From positions 39,122,001 through 39,186,000 of the forward strand of contig OX597819.1 in the NCBI GenBank assembly GCA_951406725.2: a stretch of 64,000 bases of DNA, given 5' to 3'. The notes beneath the pieces were generated by a model. That model was not told the origin of the DNA. It worked only from the letters and a program-made list of their open reading frames with translations, and did no database searches. Source of the DNA: Octopus vulgaris (taxonomy: Eukaryota). The position numbers were made by a program, and so were the translations under genes. This document shows, one piece after another, positions 38,905 to 53,339 of the stretch; positions within the stretch are counted from its first letter, which is position 1, and each line of letters begins with the position of its first letter.

Positions 38905-39739
38905 ATTAATCTTCTCTCTTCGCTCCTTTGCGCCACATGGGCTCAACTCTCCTCCCCTTTTCATCTAACCGCCTCCCCTCTTCATCTAACCTTTTCCCCT
39001 CTCCTCTCTCCCTCTCACACCTACTTCCTTCCCCTCACCTCTCCTCTCTTGCTCCGACTCCTACTTCTTCTCTTCACTCCTACTCTCCTCCTCTCTTCTC
39101 TTCACTCCTACCCACCTTCTCCCTTCCCCCTCCCTTTCATCGTCACCTCTCGCTCGTAACCCCACCCCTGCACAATCCAACCCCACCTTTCCTATCCATC
39201 CCATCCCACCTCCACCCTTGCTTTCCCCTCTCTCGCATCTCCCCCCTCCCAACATCATCACAGTACACCACACACCACTACACCATACAACACCATACTA
39301 CACCATACCACACAACACCACATCACATCACACCACCACGCGTACACTAGCACTGAGCACTTCCCAACCCCACTTCCACACCCCTACACAAATACACGCG
39401 CACACGTCAAGGTCACCAGCCCTCTTCCACACACACATACATACTCTCTTATATACACGCTCGCGCACCCTCGTTTTGGGATCATCACTACTTTATTTTC
39501 TCCCCTTCTTCCTAGCTTTTCTGTGTGACCCCTCCGTCCGGCATTCGCCATAATAGATTGCTAGCCACTACACATTCTTTATTTTCTCTCCTTATTTCTT
39601 TCAGTGTTCCTTTCTGTGGAAGAGCGTAGGCTCGAAACGTTAAAGACTTTTTCACTTCCTGAGCGTTAAACTTATACATCTATACATCTGCTTGTTGTCT
39701 ACACCACCTGTCTTCGTCTTTTGTTTTTTTGTGAATTCT

Positions 39740-39743
<4 letters not shown>
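38905..39743 (+). mobile_element. Penelope-like 3' region (C-rich low complexity plus hammerhead-like motif) ending in (TA)n
   Basis: CTTT-CTGTGGA-AGAGC-GTAG-GCTC-GAAA-CG-TT-AAAG at 39610-39645, followed by cttcctgagcgt as in the 31.2 kb copy; 5' boundary uncertain. Confidence 0.55.
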
Positions 39744-39783
<40 letters not shown>

Positions 39784-39881
39784 TTATATTATTATATACC
39801 TATGATAATTATCTATCTATATGGAGTTTTCCATGCAGGCCACTTGATATGATCATTATTATAAATAATGGTCTTATCCTT

Positions 39882-39952
<71 letters not shown>

Positions 39953-40064
39953 GAGTGAGTGGACAAACGAAAGAAGATCACGCAATGACTGAGGATAAGC
40001 ATCACGCTTTGAAACTTGGAGTACCAAGGAATTTCAATCAAACTGTTTTGATCCATATCTTTCT

Positions 40065-40284
40065 TTTCTTTCTTTCTTTTACTTGTTTCAGTCATTTGAC
40101 TGCGGCCATGCTGGAGCACCACATTTAATCGAGCAACTCGACCCCGGGACTTATTCTTTTGTTAGCCCAGTATTTATTCTATCGGTCTCTTTTGCCGAAC
40201 CGCTAAGTAACGGGGACATAAATACACCAGCATCGATTGTCAAGCAATGCTAGGGGGACAAACACAGACACACAAACACACACA

Positions 40285-40349
<65 letters not shown>

Positions 40350-40512
40350 GACGGGCTTCTTTCAGTTTCCGTCTACCAAATCCACTCACAAGGCTTTGGT
40401 CGGCCCGAGGCTATAGTAGAAGACACTTGCCCAAGGTGCCACGCAGTGGGACTGAACCCGGAACCATGTGGTTGGTAAACAAGCTATTTACCACACAGCC
40501 ACTCCTGCGCCT
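40065..40512 (-). mobile_element. SINE family B
   Basis: Full match; internal (TA)n. Confidence 0.9.
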
Positions 40513-40549
40513 ATATGTATATAGATGTATCTATATACATCTATATGTA

Positions 40550-41266
40550 TAGAGATGAAACAAAGTAACAGCGTACTTTCGTGAAATTCTGTTTTCCGTT
40601 GGAGAAAACGGCGGCCGAAACAGTTGTCATGCTTCAAACAACTTACAACGACGCTGTCATGAGCGAAACACAAGTATATGAGTTATTTCCACGCTTTAGG
40701 AATTGTCACTTCTTGCCTGAAGACCAACCTCGTTCAGGACGGCCATCGATCTTCCGAACGAATGAAAACATGAAAATTCAGGAACTGATCTTGGAGGACC
40801 GTCGCCGAACAATTGACGAACTTGTTGATGTGATTGGTGTGTCCTGGAGCTCCTTCCAACGAATTTCGAGTGAGGAATTGCGAATAAAAAGAGTTGCAAC
40901 AAAATTTGTGCCTCGCCTGCTCAAGAGAGATCAAAAGCAGTCACGACTGAATGCGTATCGTAAACTGAAAGAACAGTTGGATGTTGATCTGGACCGTTAT
41001 CGAAGGTCATCACTGGTGACGAAAGCCGGTGTTCTGGAATTTGCAGATGTGGAAGAGGTGTAGAAGGAAAAAAAACAACAGAGGCGTTAAAAGGCATCAC
41101 ACCGCAACAGTTTCAGCACTGCTTCAAATAGTGGAAAATGCGCCTGGATCGATGCATTGTTTCAAATGGAGAACACCTTGAAGGCGACAAAAGGGAAAAC
41201 GTGTAAAACTAAGTGAATAAAATAATATTGCAAAATTCCAGTTTCTTTTGGGCCCCCCTCCTCGTG
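40550..41266 (+). pseudogene. Mariner transposase pseudogene (catalytic core deleted) with 3' TIR
   Basis: KFCF..AETVVMLQ..VYE.F.RF..EDQPRSGRPS..DRRRTIDEL..RVATKFVPRLL; C-terminus WKMRLDRCIVSNGEHLEGD; ends ttttgggcccccctcctcgt. Confidence 0.85.
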
Positions 41267-42199
41267 AATGTAGTGGTGGGGGTCCCGTAAAACCCTCTGG
41301 TTATTTCAATGGTTTGTTCAGAACAAAAGTGCAACAACGGTAACTCCTTTCAACTCCTCCAAGGCTGGTAGCTGAAAGGGAGAAGCTTATCCTTTGATAG
41401 GGAGACTTGGCCTGAATACTTGCAGTCAGAGTGGATTCTTCTGAAGTCACCCAAGAGTCCGGTGGTAGTATTAAACTGAGTGATGGATTAAGACTATTCC
41501 CTGATAACAGAATTGATGTTTGCGTGAGGCTTCCACACAATTTCCATTTATCAAATTTCACTCACAAGTTACTCATCTATCCGCGACTTTTGTTGAAGAC
41601 ATTTTCCCAACGCGTCATTCAATAGAATCGAACCAGAAACCAAATGGGCGCGAAGCGAACGCTTTAACCACACAGCTATATCTGTGACTACCAAGTGAAT
41701 GTAGATTAAAAAGCAGAAACATTTCTGTTATCAGAACAAGGTGGGAAACTGAAAGAGAAACCGACTTTGTTAATTAGTATTACTAGAATTCAATGTTTTA
41801 GTACAATCGAAGTTGTTGCAAGAAAACTCAATATGTTGATTAAATTCTCTTTGATTTTGGTATATTAATCCATTCAAACATCTTTAAAAATCTTGATTAA
41901 AATGAATTTATCATCAAGAAAGGACGTGAGCTATCGATTCTTCTGGTGTCCTCGACAGTATACGTACAGTAGGTTGTGAAGACCAAGTTTAGTTTAATTA
42001 TTTAAGGCTGTTCTAAGTATATACGGCGTAAGATTTCCAAATAAGTATTGATATCTACCCTTTTTGTAAAGTACAAAGACTTATAGTTATTTGTTTAATT
42101 ATTTTGTCTATTTATTTATTTATTTTCACACACTTGTATGTCAAATATGAAAAATAAACATTCGAAACGATGCAGTGCTGGTATCTGTGCAGACAACCT

Positions 42200-42630
42200 A
42201 GACCCCATTGAAAATGACCACCCAATCGATTGCCAGTAACTCGCTTACGAGCTTCAACCTTAGACTCATACATGGCTTCTCTTTTCACTCTGATTTCTCT
42301 ACTGCTACTACAGAGAACCACTGCTTCTCGCACTCGGCTTATGTTGTACCACTTCCACCCAAGCACAGCTAACTCACGCGTCTCATCTATCGTCATCCAT
42401 ATTGCGTCCATCTCTACCACCGCAATGTCAACATTAAGTACTTCGCACAGTCACATTCTTCCCAGAACGTCAATCATCTGGAATTCCTTCCCTTCCTAAA
42501 TTACTCATTTACGTGCAGCTATTAATTTGTAACTCTTCAGGAGGAATATTAAACAAGTATATCTCACTACTGTCAGATGTCCAATTAAAGATCGTGGACA
42601 TAGTTCCTCCTTTTTAATGTAACCAGTAAA
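42200..42630 (+). pseudogene. CR1/Jockey-like LINE ORF2 C-terminal fragment
   Basis: HILPRTSIIWNSFPS resembles the conserved PRT..WN.LP terminal motif; heavily frameshifted. Confidence 0.5.
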
Positions 42631-42917
42631 ATCCGGTTTCATTCTCCTAAAGTGAGATGTGTAAGGACTGATTGGAGAACCTAGCTTTGCTTCTTATCAA
42701 AGATACTGAACACTTACTTCTGTAACGTAGCATCAATTTAACTAAAAGATAAAATGAACTATTAATGGTAGATGACTTTAGTTGAACTTTAATGACGCAA
42801 TGATGAATAATTAATTGTATTAGTTAAAAACTACTAATTATTCACTATTATCTACACTTTATTAGACAAACCGGCACAATTCATTTAATATTTGCATTGA
42901 TATAGTATTCATTTCAT

Positions 42918-43253
42918 TACACACACACATACACACACACACACGTATATACATATATGCCTGTATATATATATATGTATACACACATACGTATATGCGC
43001 ATAGACGTGTATGTATGTCTGCGCGTGTGTCAACATGTTTGTAATTATATATGTATGTAAGTATGTATGTATGTATGTTTGTATGTATGTATGTATGTAA
43101 GTATGTATGTATGTATGTATGTATGTAAGTATGTATGTATGTTTGTATGCATGTATGTATGGATGGATGGATGGATGGATGGATGGATGGATGGATTGAT
43201 GAATGGATGGATGAATGAATGGATGGATGGATGAATGGATGGATGGATGGATG
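42918..43253. repeat. (CA)/(TATG)/(GGAT) microsatellites
   Basis: Directly visible. Confidence 0.9.
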
Positions 43254-43667
43254 CATATCTGTGAGTATCACGTGTTTGAAGGGCCATGTACAATACTCTT
43301 CAGTTATTAATAGCCGTTGAGAGCAAGATGTAATTAAGTTAACATTTTAATTTGGTAAAGTGCTAACGATAATATCAATTAATATCAGAATTGTAAAAGA
43401 ATTTTTTATGACGAAGGCTTGTGCAATGGATTTTGAAATTAAATTTTAATGTTTTAAAAGCCATCTTGGAACATTTGACAGGAATTAGAACCGAAACAGT
43501 TATGTAATAGTCTATGTTTTATCTCAAGATTTTTAATATTTCTCATTTTTTAATATGAACACAAGTCAAGAATTTTCTTGCAACGTTAAATTACATTGCT
43601 CTGTAATTTTACGCGGATGGAATTTTTTCTGAATCAAGTCTGATAGAATTTATTAGGCATGCTATAT

Positions 43668-44071
43668 ATTTCTTTATTGCCCACAAGGGGCTAAACATAG
43701 AGGGACAGACAAAGGGATTAAGTCGATTACATTGACCCCAGTGCGAAACTGGTACTTTATTTATCGACCCCGAAAGGATGAAAGGCAAAGTCGAACTCGG
43801 TGGAATTTGAACTCAGAGCGTAACGGCAGACGAAATACCTATTTCTTTATTACCCACAAGGAGCTAAACACAGAGAGGACAAACAAGGACAGACATAGGT
43901 ATTTAGTCGATTACATCGACCCCAGTGCATAACTGGTACTTAATTTATCGACCCCGAAAGGATGAAAGGCAAAGTCGACCTCGGCGGAATTTGAACTCAC
44001 AACGTAACGGCAGACGAAATACCGGTAAGCATTTCGCCCGGCGCACTAACGTGTCTGCCAGTTCGCCGCCT
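43668..44071 (-). mobile_element. SINE family C dimer
   Basis: One head plus two units with junction aaagaaata|ggtatttcgtctg; degenerate TSD ttatt(a/t)ggcatg(c/a)tat. Confidence 0.9.
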
Positions 44072-46767
44072 TTTTTATTTGGCATGATATTATTCTAGTA
44101 GAAATAGTTCTGTATTGTAAAATATTGATCAGTCCATGTTAAATGTAAACATACAGGTGGTGACAAATCTAAATAAAAGCTGTAGGTTTGCATGCTTTCT
44201 TGTACGTTAACCATATTCAATGGTGACGTAGTTCCCATGTTCGAAAACCTCTTTCATTTTCTCTCCTTTCACTCTTCGAATAAGCATTAGCAATATCACA
44301 CGGGACGCTCACAAAACAACACTGTCGCTTATCTGATGCAAACGTATTGTTCGCACTGGCTTCTTCACACAATAATATTTAATACTTTACAGATTAAACA
44401 TCCAGAATAACAAAAGAACGAATACTTTGGTATTTTGTCCACTTTATCGTCGACCAGAACCAATAGAATGGAACCAAGAAGAGTAAATCGATTGATAGTA
44501 TGAGAATAATCGATTACCATACTTCTTTTGCGGCAACCTTCATGGCTACTAACAGTTGATATGGTAATGTTGTAGACCGGTAGTTTCCGAGTTTCACATT
44601 TGGTATATTAAGTACTATATAACTGTATATCACCACAATTTAAGAGTTGCTTTATGATCCGGGAATACAGAAGGCGGATTAATTGAATTTCCTTCTCAGA
44701 GCTTGAAGACTATAACAATACATCATAGTTGGTTCCAAAAACGTTTACAAAATTTATTGAGCTAGCAACCAGAAAAGAAAAGATCAAAACGAAATTATTT
44801 CACGATTCCAAGTAGTGAAATACACTAACAATAAAAAAAACATAAATTGTCTACAGTTGTAGATTTATTAGAAAGGGGGAGCTTTAGTCGTATATATTAT
44901 CTGCAGGACAAATTTGGTAACATTTTATTCAATCCCGAAAGAGGAAAAGTAAAAACGGATCGCTTCAAGGTTTGAACTCAAAAATATTTTTTATGGTTAA
45001 GCTAGAAGAAAGAGAATCTCTAACTTGGTTGGTGGGAGGAAGAGGGCAGTTATCTTTTAATCAGAAACTTGGTGGCTGGCATGCTTGTTTGTCTCAAAGT
45101 GAACTCCATAAAAGAACACAAGAGATATGTAATAGAGTTGAACCAGGACAGATTATGTCAAAAACCAGCCAAAAACATGAACAGTTCCTCAGATAGGCTT
45201 GCACACGGTTTTCATCCACCAACTGTTATTTACAATAAGTTGGACAACCAGAAGCTACGGTTGAATGCACTTGTCCAAAGTGTCGCACTGTGGCATGCGG
45301 TGAAGTTGTACCCGAATCCACTACGCTGCGAAGCATACTCAGCCACACAGCTGTGTCTGCGTAGACAGAAATAGACGAAATAAATCAGCGCAGCACTACT
45401 AATTCGATCGATAACATGTATGCCGTAGAACTGTTAGATTAGAGCTAACCTTGGGCTACATAAGGACCACAAATTAATAATTTCTATGACAGGCACAAAA
45501 TTAAAACCAGAAGTTAGTAGGTTTGGCGTCGATGTTTAGCCTTAGATCATTCTTGATTGAGTGGAGCTACAATCAAAGACATTCCAGCCTTGACCAATCC
45601 GCTCGTTTTCTATATCATTGTCCAATGTGTCCTTCCTGTTTTGACATGTTATTGTGTAGTTTCGAGTGATTTGCCTTATTTTTCTTATAACTCGAACGAC
45701 CACGTAGATGCGTCTCTACTATGGTGGACTGAATCCATCAGAGGACAGGACTGCTACTTATAGTATCGACCCTAAAGGAATGTACTGCTCCTTCTCTCAG
45801 ACCTAGTAAATAAAAAAAAGGTCTTTTCTGCGGTAAATTGGCTGGTTGCCTCTAAGAAGTAAATATATATATTTAATATTCTTGACAAGCAAATGTAATC
45901 ATCTTCCTCTTTTATTCAATTATAAGATAGTTTTCCCACAGGAGCGTCTTTATAAAAGCTATCGTTAATTCTATTTACAAGACAATTCATTGATAACATC
46001 ACACAATTTTCCTGTCTATTTAATAATTTGATTTCCTTTTACAAAGAGTTCTTGGTCAAATTTATCCTTGTCCATATTTTTGTAATATTTCTAAGTAACA
46101 GATGTCACACATAGAATGGTGCACCAATTAACTCTGCAGCAGTCTTTCATTTACATTTGTAGCTCAGTTCCCCTTTTCACTGAATGGCATTTTACAAACG
46201 GTCCCTTCCCCTTGTTTTACTAAAAAGAAACGGTTATTTTAAGTAAGCCGAAGCTAATTTTGCGCAGTGCTATACTTTCTTATAATATTCCAGAAAGTTT
46301 TGTCTCTTCATAAATATAATGACCACATGTTAGATTTTAAAATAAATTACTAAAAGAAAGCAATCACAATATATATATATATTGGATTTTGGCCAGACAG
46401 CAGTAATTTTCTTTCCGCAATGTCCAATTCATATTATGAAAACAGGATCAAAATTTTGGTATTCACATGGTTTAAACATTTTATTTCTAAGAAAAATATC
46501 GATCCCCTTCAAACAACCAGTGTTCCTCTAAAGTTCATTTGACGTTATCAGCCTCGTTTAAATTCAAATGTTTCCAAAGGCACGTTAAAACCTTGATTAA
46601 GAACCGCAACTTTAAAACATCAACATCAGGTGCTGCCTTACTAATACCATATGACTTCATGCTGTAAATAAAGACACGAAGAGAAAGCTTTACAAACACG
46701 CGCGCGCGCACGCACTCACGCATACATGCAAATCAGAGTTTTCATGATTGTGTACAGGTACGTATAT

Positions 46768-46972
46768 TGGTTTCAAATTTTAACACAAGGCCTGCTATTT
46801 TGATGAAGAAGCGAGTCGATTACGTTAACCCCAGTGCTCAACTGGTATTTATTTTATCGACGCGAAAAGGATAAAAGGCAAAGTCGACTTCAGCAGAATT
46901 TGAACTGAAAACATCAAGATGGACGTAATGCCGCTAACAGTGAGCTAACGATTCTGACAGCACGCCGCTTTA
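46768..46972 (-). mobile_element. SINE family C, degenerate
   Basis: gtcgattac..ccccagtgctcaactggta..ttatcgac..aaaggcaaagtcgac..gaatttgaact. Confidence 0.75.
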
Positions 46973-47163
46973 ATGTACAGGAAGATATATTAGTCAGAGA
47001 GGTTCCAGCATAGTATAAGTTACAGGTTTATTTTTTAGGTTCCACAATTTTACAATATTACGTATTATTATAATACAAGTATTTTCATAGTTTCTGCAAT
47101 CTTCATGTTTAACCGACACTGGTGTTTCACAATTGATAACTGTAAGTACACACACACACACAC

Positions 47164-47240
<77 letters not shown>

Positions 47241-47243
<3 letters not shown>

Positions 47244-47475
47244 GGTTGGCCAAACGTCGCCCGACACTAAATCAAAATTCCATAAATACTTAATATTCAA
47301 TTTTATTTATTCATTTGGAAAAACGGTGTCGCTCAAGAAGGACTTCAGTTTGAACAATTTTAATAATGTTTTGATATTTAGGTGGTTTTATTAAATTCAT
47401 TCAGTTGTTAAACATAAATAAATCTTGGAATTAAATGGTTTTGATTTAGTGTCAGTTGACTTTTGGCTAACACTG
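47241..47475. mobile_element. Tc1/mariner-type MITE within (TA)n
   Basis: TIR CAGGGTTGGCCAAACGTCGCCCGACACTAAATCAAAA / TTTTGATTTAGTGTCAGTTGACTTTTGGCTAACACTG; TA flanks. Confidence 0.8.
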
Positions 47476-47586
<111 letters not shown>

Positions 47587-47639
47587 GGAGATAGAAGGGA
47601 GGGAGAGAGAGAGAAGGGGAGGGAGATATATATATATAT

Positions 47640-47677
<38 letters not shown>

Positions 47678-48337
47678 AGAGAGACATATCTGTATACATG
47701 TAAATACATATAAAGCTGTAAAGAAAGGTGTGTAAATAGTGAGTTAAAAGCCTGTTGGATAAAAAGTCGAATGCTTGATATTTGCATGCTACTATTTATA
47801 CTTTTATATGATTCAATTCTCAATGTTCCCCACAAGAATTCTTTCATCGTGTATATGTATATGTAATGTGTGCGTGTGTGTATCTGTATGTGAGTGCGTG
47901 CGTGTGCGTGCGTGTCTGTATGTATGCATGTATTATGTATGTACGTATGTATGTAGGCATGTGTGTATGCAAGTATGCACGTATATGTATGTGTACATAT
48001 AAAAGAATTATATATATATGTATAGAAACATTGAAATGTCGATATCGTTTCGTATTCAGGATCGTGGAATTGAGACGAACTTGCAGAATGGCTTTTCTGT
48101 GAATATTTTATAACACAAGCCTTTACACCATCTGAGTCTTGGTTTCTGTATGATAACCATTATATTATATTACGCTTAAGTATTCTCACTCGTTAATTGA
48201 TGTGCAATTTGAATAATCTAATTATATATGTGACAGATAGTGGCTTTGCAATTCACTTTACACTTTCTGAAAACATCTAAGTGGCCAACGTTTCAGAATT
48301 ATTTCCCTGTAAGTCACTGGAATAAGCTTTATATAGT

Positions 48338-49650
48338 ACTAGCCGAGATACCCGGCGTTGCCCGGTTACATTCAATTGAAGAATCAGACTTTTCTATTAT
48401 ATCTTCTGTAATGAACTGGAATATCTATGTTTCGAATTTCATCAAAATTGCAGATTAGGGTTATTTCCCTCTTCACACACCCTAAAAAATCGTGCCACAT
48501 GTATCCCATACTGCTGATTTTTATGCGCATATTCCAAAATTCCAGTCTTATTGAACCTGTTAAAAAGATTTTGCTCCTGAAAAATGAAGGTCATGGAGCT
48601 CTAAAATGTGAGAGTTAAGGCCCCTGTTGGGGGTGGGCATCTTAATGTCAACCAGAGAAGTTGAATTGTTGAAAATCTTTTTAACTTGGGTCTTATATCT
48701 ATTGTTTGAATTTCTTTGAAATAGGAAATATATGTTCACTGGGTTTGTAAAAGAGAGCAAAGCTACAGGAAACCAAAAGACGAATGATCACAATAAGCAG
48801 TCAGTTACCCTACCCTAGTCGTTACCGCTCCCAATGTAGGATTCCTCACCATCCAGGTGACAGGCACAGCCGTAAGATGCATTACGAATCTATAGCAATT
48901 AGAAGGGCGTGACCCAACTGAAATAAACATTAACAACTGTGTGACGTGAGGACTAAGGAGAAATTAAAGTGTCACCTCTGGAGTTTGCAGATGACCACTA
49001 TACTGATACGTAACTGGACAGAATAAATTTGAAATCTATAAATGTCTTTGAATAACCAGTCACTCATCTGGCAAGGCCTTGAAATCAATGTTAGCATCTG
49101 TGGACTATGTATGACCGAGTGATAATAAAAAGACTGAAAGGAGGTCTGCAATCAAATAACTTTACTCAATACTTTGCAACTGAATCAGTGGAGGCAAAGA
49201 TGCCTCTCATTTACTTGACAATTTATGCGACACATTGCAGAAATCACAATGTAAGTGTATGTCAAAGCAAACTGTTACACTGTTGTACCATTGAATTAGA
49301 AATAATGCCCAACTTTTATGCTCGGGTTACCCTACAGCTTCTAAGAGCACAACTGTATTCGTTTTTGCTTAGATAAAATGATAAAATTGTGGGTGTTAAG
49401 TCCCCATGGAGGGGGTCTTTCTAACTTTGTAAGAAGATGAAATTTTATAAATATTACTTCATTTGTGTCTAATATCTATGGTTAAAATTTCATCAACAGC
49501 AAAACTATATGAATTGTCATGGGGGCTATGGCCCTTATGCATAGAATATAATTTCCAAATTTCATAAAGATCCATTCAGTACTTTTGACCTAGTTTTGGA
49601 TCATAAAAGAAATGACTAAAATTTGGGAGTTAAGGCTCCCATTAGGGTGT
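48338..49650 (+). mobile_element. Putative non-autonomous Helitron-like element
   Basis: Starts ACTAG..CCCGGCGTTGCCCGG; repeated aatttcat motifs; subterminal hairpin TGGGAG-ttaagg-CTCCCA before (TA)n. Confidence 0.45.
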
Positions 49651-49683
<33 letters not shown>

Positions 49684-49879
49684 GTATATATATATATAGA
49701 GAGAGAGAGAGTGAGTGAGTGAGAGAGAGAGAGAGATACACACACACATACAAAGCGTCGACTGTAGGCCGGTAACTGAGGACAGTCGCCCCAATGTCGT
49801 CCAGAGCGACCTCTGGTCGCCATAGCGTCGACTGTCGGCCGGTAGCTGTGGACAGTCGCCCCAATATCGTCCATCATCC

Positions 49880-50560
49880 GATGTCTCAAAGACATGTGGC
49901 AGCAGCAGCGAGAAGAATTTGACAAATAATGTAGGAGCAAGAACACAACTTGCTTTACCCCGTTTTTCATTTGGAAGCCGGCTGATGTGAAACCATTGTG
50001 CTGTATGGTGCCTTGCATATCATCATGGAAAGATTTGATGATCCTCAGCAGCTTTGGTGGACATCCGATTTTTTGGAGCAGGATGAAGAGGCCTTTTCTA
50101 CTTACCAAGTCAAAGGCCGATCAATGAAAGCCATATATAATGGCATTTTCTGCTCTCTGGACTTCTCCTGAAGTCGGCGTATGGAGAATATGTCAATAGT
50201 TGATCTGCTTCTTCTAAAGCCACACTGCGATTCTGGATAAATTCGAGAAGCAAGCGGTTGTAGCCTGGACAGGATAATGTGAGCAAAGGCCTTTCCAACA
50301 GTGCTTTGAAGAGATATTCTACGGTATTTGTTACAATCACCACGGTCACCTTTGTTTTTGTAAATCGTAATGATGTTAGCATCCCGCATATCCTGAGGGA
50401 CTGTACCCTCTTCCCAGCACTGACACAGAAGCTCATGAATGTGTCGAAGCAGGATGGTGTTTTTGCCGGTTTTGATGATCTCTAAGGGGATATTGTCTTT
50501 TCCCGGAGCCTTGTTACTTGCTAGGGAGTCAATAGACTTGGTGAGCTCTGCTATAGATGA
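49880..50560 (-). pseudogene. RTE (BovB-like) reverse transcriptase fragment
   Basis: DANIITIYKNKGDRGDCN.YR.ISL..PESQCGFR..RSTID..LQEKSREQ..LYMAFID..KIGCPPKLL..GVKQ. Confidence 0.9.
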
Positions 50561-50957
50561 CAGATGCCTAATTTATATATCCACAAACTGTGAACATAAT
50601 TAAATTATCAACGGTACATGAGTCTGACAGTATATGTGAAAAGTATGCGAGAACACTATCTCGTATAATGAAGCTGCTATTTCAAGATACACATCTACGA
50701 TACTAGCCAGATGTTCGTCAACGGTGTATTGTTTTAGCAACGTAGTGACAAAACTTTAGCACATTAAATCTATTAAGTAATTAACTTCAGTTATTAAAAA
50801 CACGTGTGAGTTAAATTGGATACATTACGCTCAGGTTGCTATTGCCAAACGCAGTATTGTCCCCGGAAATGGAAAAACGAGTGGCGTCCTTGAGAAAAGT
50901 ACATTCAGTAATTTTATTTGATTTGACGTTGATCATTTTCACTTACGAGATAGATAG

Positions 50958-51001
<44 letters not shown>

Positions 51002-51306
51002 ATGTGTGGATGGATGGAGGGATGGATGGAGGGATGGAGGGATACATACATACATACATACATACATACATACATACATACATACATACATACATACATA
51101 CATACATTGTGAGTATATGCCGAAGTGACAATCTGAATAAGCTAAGGTTTTCAGAAAAAGAAATCAACCAACTGGCACATTACAAACACAATCTGTAAGC
51201 GGAACAGTAAAAATATGCAAGACTTTTCTCAAGTTTAAACTGTGATATTGTTTTTGTTACCAACGTTCCAGCGATGGAGCTGTGTATCTTTGATACAAAC
51301 CAACTG

Positions 51307-51818
51307 CCGTAAATCCTCGAGTATAGTCCGCCCTTGTGTATAATACGCAGGAGATTTTTAGGGGTCTGTACCTCTGAAAATCCTAAACCTTGTGTATAAT
51401 ATGCACCCTTTCTCTAACTTGAGTCGTGCGTAATTAAGCCAGCAGCACCCAGTCGAACAAACACTTCCGCGTAATACAATAATGGTGATGTTCTTAACTG
51501 TTATATGGTAATGTAAATATGTTTGCAAATTGTTTTTGTTACATGTTATTGTGGGTTCTGAATACTTTTATTCTAATAAATGTTGCTTACTGCAAGTTAT
51601 GGATTATTCTTTTATGACTTCATTGCTTTCAGGCTTAGCTTAAGGTATTTTCGCGCCCGACATCACAAAATGCGTCTGACATTGCCGGACAGTAAATAGA
51701 GAGTCGGACATTGCTTAGAAAATATTTTTCATTTTTAACTTCGTATATAGTACGCACTAGGGATTTTGGCCTTTAAATTTTTGGGGAAAAAATGCGGATT
51801 ATACTCGAGGATTTACGG
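51307..51818. mobile_element. Tc1/mariner-pogo type MITE, copy 2 (inverted relative to 4886-5371)
   Basis: TIR CCGTAAATCCTCGAGTATA../..TATACTCGAGGATTTACGG-TA. Confidence 0.85.
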
Positions 51819-52209
51819 TACTTCCTCAGAAGAAGAATTTAAATGATTAAAAACAGAAGAGAACGTACATACATGTGTGTGCATGCTTATATATCGGTGT
51901 GTGCATGTGTATACATGTATGTGTATATGTATATATGCATGTATGCACAAACACACGCACACCTATACATACATTTTATATACTGGATAACCATGAAATC
52001 TGAATTATCTGAAGTAACTTTTCTCTCCACCTCACTTCCACACAACTTCTTTCTTTTTTTGTTTCTTTTTCCTTTTCTCCCCCCTCTCTCTCTTTCTTTC
52101 TCTCTTCGTTTTTCTCACTCTCAGTAAGTTTCTGTCCCCCACTACTTTCTATTTACATGTGCACTTCCATGTCGTTTTGCGTTCCTTACCGGTTGCTGCC
52201 AGTTGTTCT

Positions 52210-52405
52210 AGGCGTGACTGTGTGATAAGAATCTTGCTTCCTAATCACGTGGTTCCGGGTTCAGTCTCCCTGCGTGACACCTTGGGTAAGCGCCTACTAT
52301 AACCTCGGGTCAACCAAAGCTTTGTGAGTGGATTTGGTTGACGGAAACTAAAAGAAGCCTGTCATATATGTGTGTGTGTGTGTGTGTGTGTGTACGTGTG
52401 CGTGC

Positions 52406-52462
<57 letters not shown>

Positions 52463-52672
52463 TATGTGTGTTTGTGTTTGTCCCCCAACCATCACTTGAC
52501 AACCTATGTTGGTGTGTTTACGTCCTCATAGCTCACCCATTCGGCAGAGAGACCGATAGAATAAGTATTAGGCTTACAAAGAATAAGTCCTGGTGTCGAT
52601 TTCTGCGACTAAAAGCCCTTTAAGGTGGTGCTCCAGTATGGCTACAGTCAAATGACTGAAACAAGTAACAGA
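52210..52672 (+). mobile_element. SINE family B with internal (TG)n
   Basis: gtggttccgggttcagtc..caccttggg..ccaaagctttgtgagtggatttgg..cagtcaaatgactgaaacaagta. Confidence 0.85.
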
Positions 52673-52821
52673 ATATGATGTAAGACTTTTCTGGGGTTTC
52701 TTTCGCTCCGGGTACTGTCATCTAAATCCAGAAGAATTTCTCAGTTCATAAAAGTCGGAAACTCCACTTTTCACGACAATGTTATTTTGTTTTTATGCTG
52801 GTTTTTCCAATGATATCTGTC

Positions 52822-52918
<97 letters not shown>

Positions 52919-53339
52919 ATGTTTGTGAGAGAGAGACGTTGATGATGATGACGACCGTGACGACGACGACGATGACAACAACGATGATGATGATTAAAGA
53001 TCCTTATAAAGCAATCTACTGGTGATTCAGAGATATATTAAAGAGCGAGACCCGAAAATTTAGATTGTTATCAAATAGCTTGACCTCAGCTTAGTGGCTA
53101 TGGAGATCCTGGGAATAAGATTATCATTTTAAACACATTATGATTAACATCTAAAGAATCAAGTAGAATTACTTCGATTAACAGATTGATGTCGGAGATT
53201 GGACTGAGATGTCATACTCTTGATTTACTGATTGCTACCAGCAAAAATATATACTTGTTAGCAACGTCTTATTCGTTAAACTATTAATATGACAATTATA
53301 ATAATTTGATGTGTTTAAACTGGTTCTATGTTGACTATC

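Noticed and set aside
40581-41063. Functional mariner or SETMAR-like gene
   Set aside because: Catalytic core deleted, frameshifts and stops, 5' TIR missing
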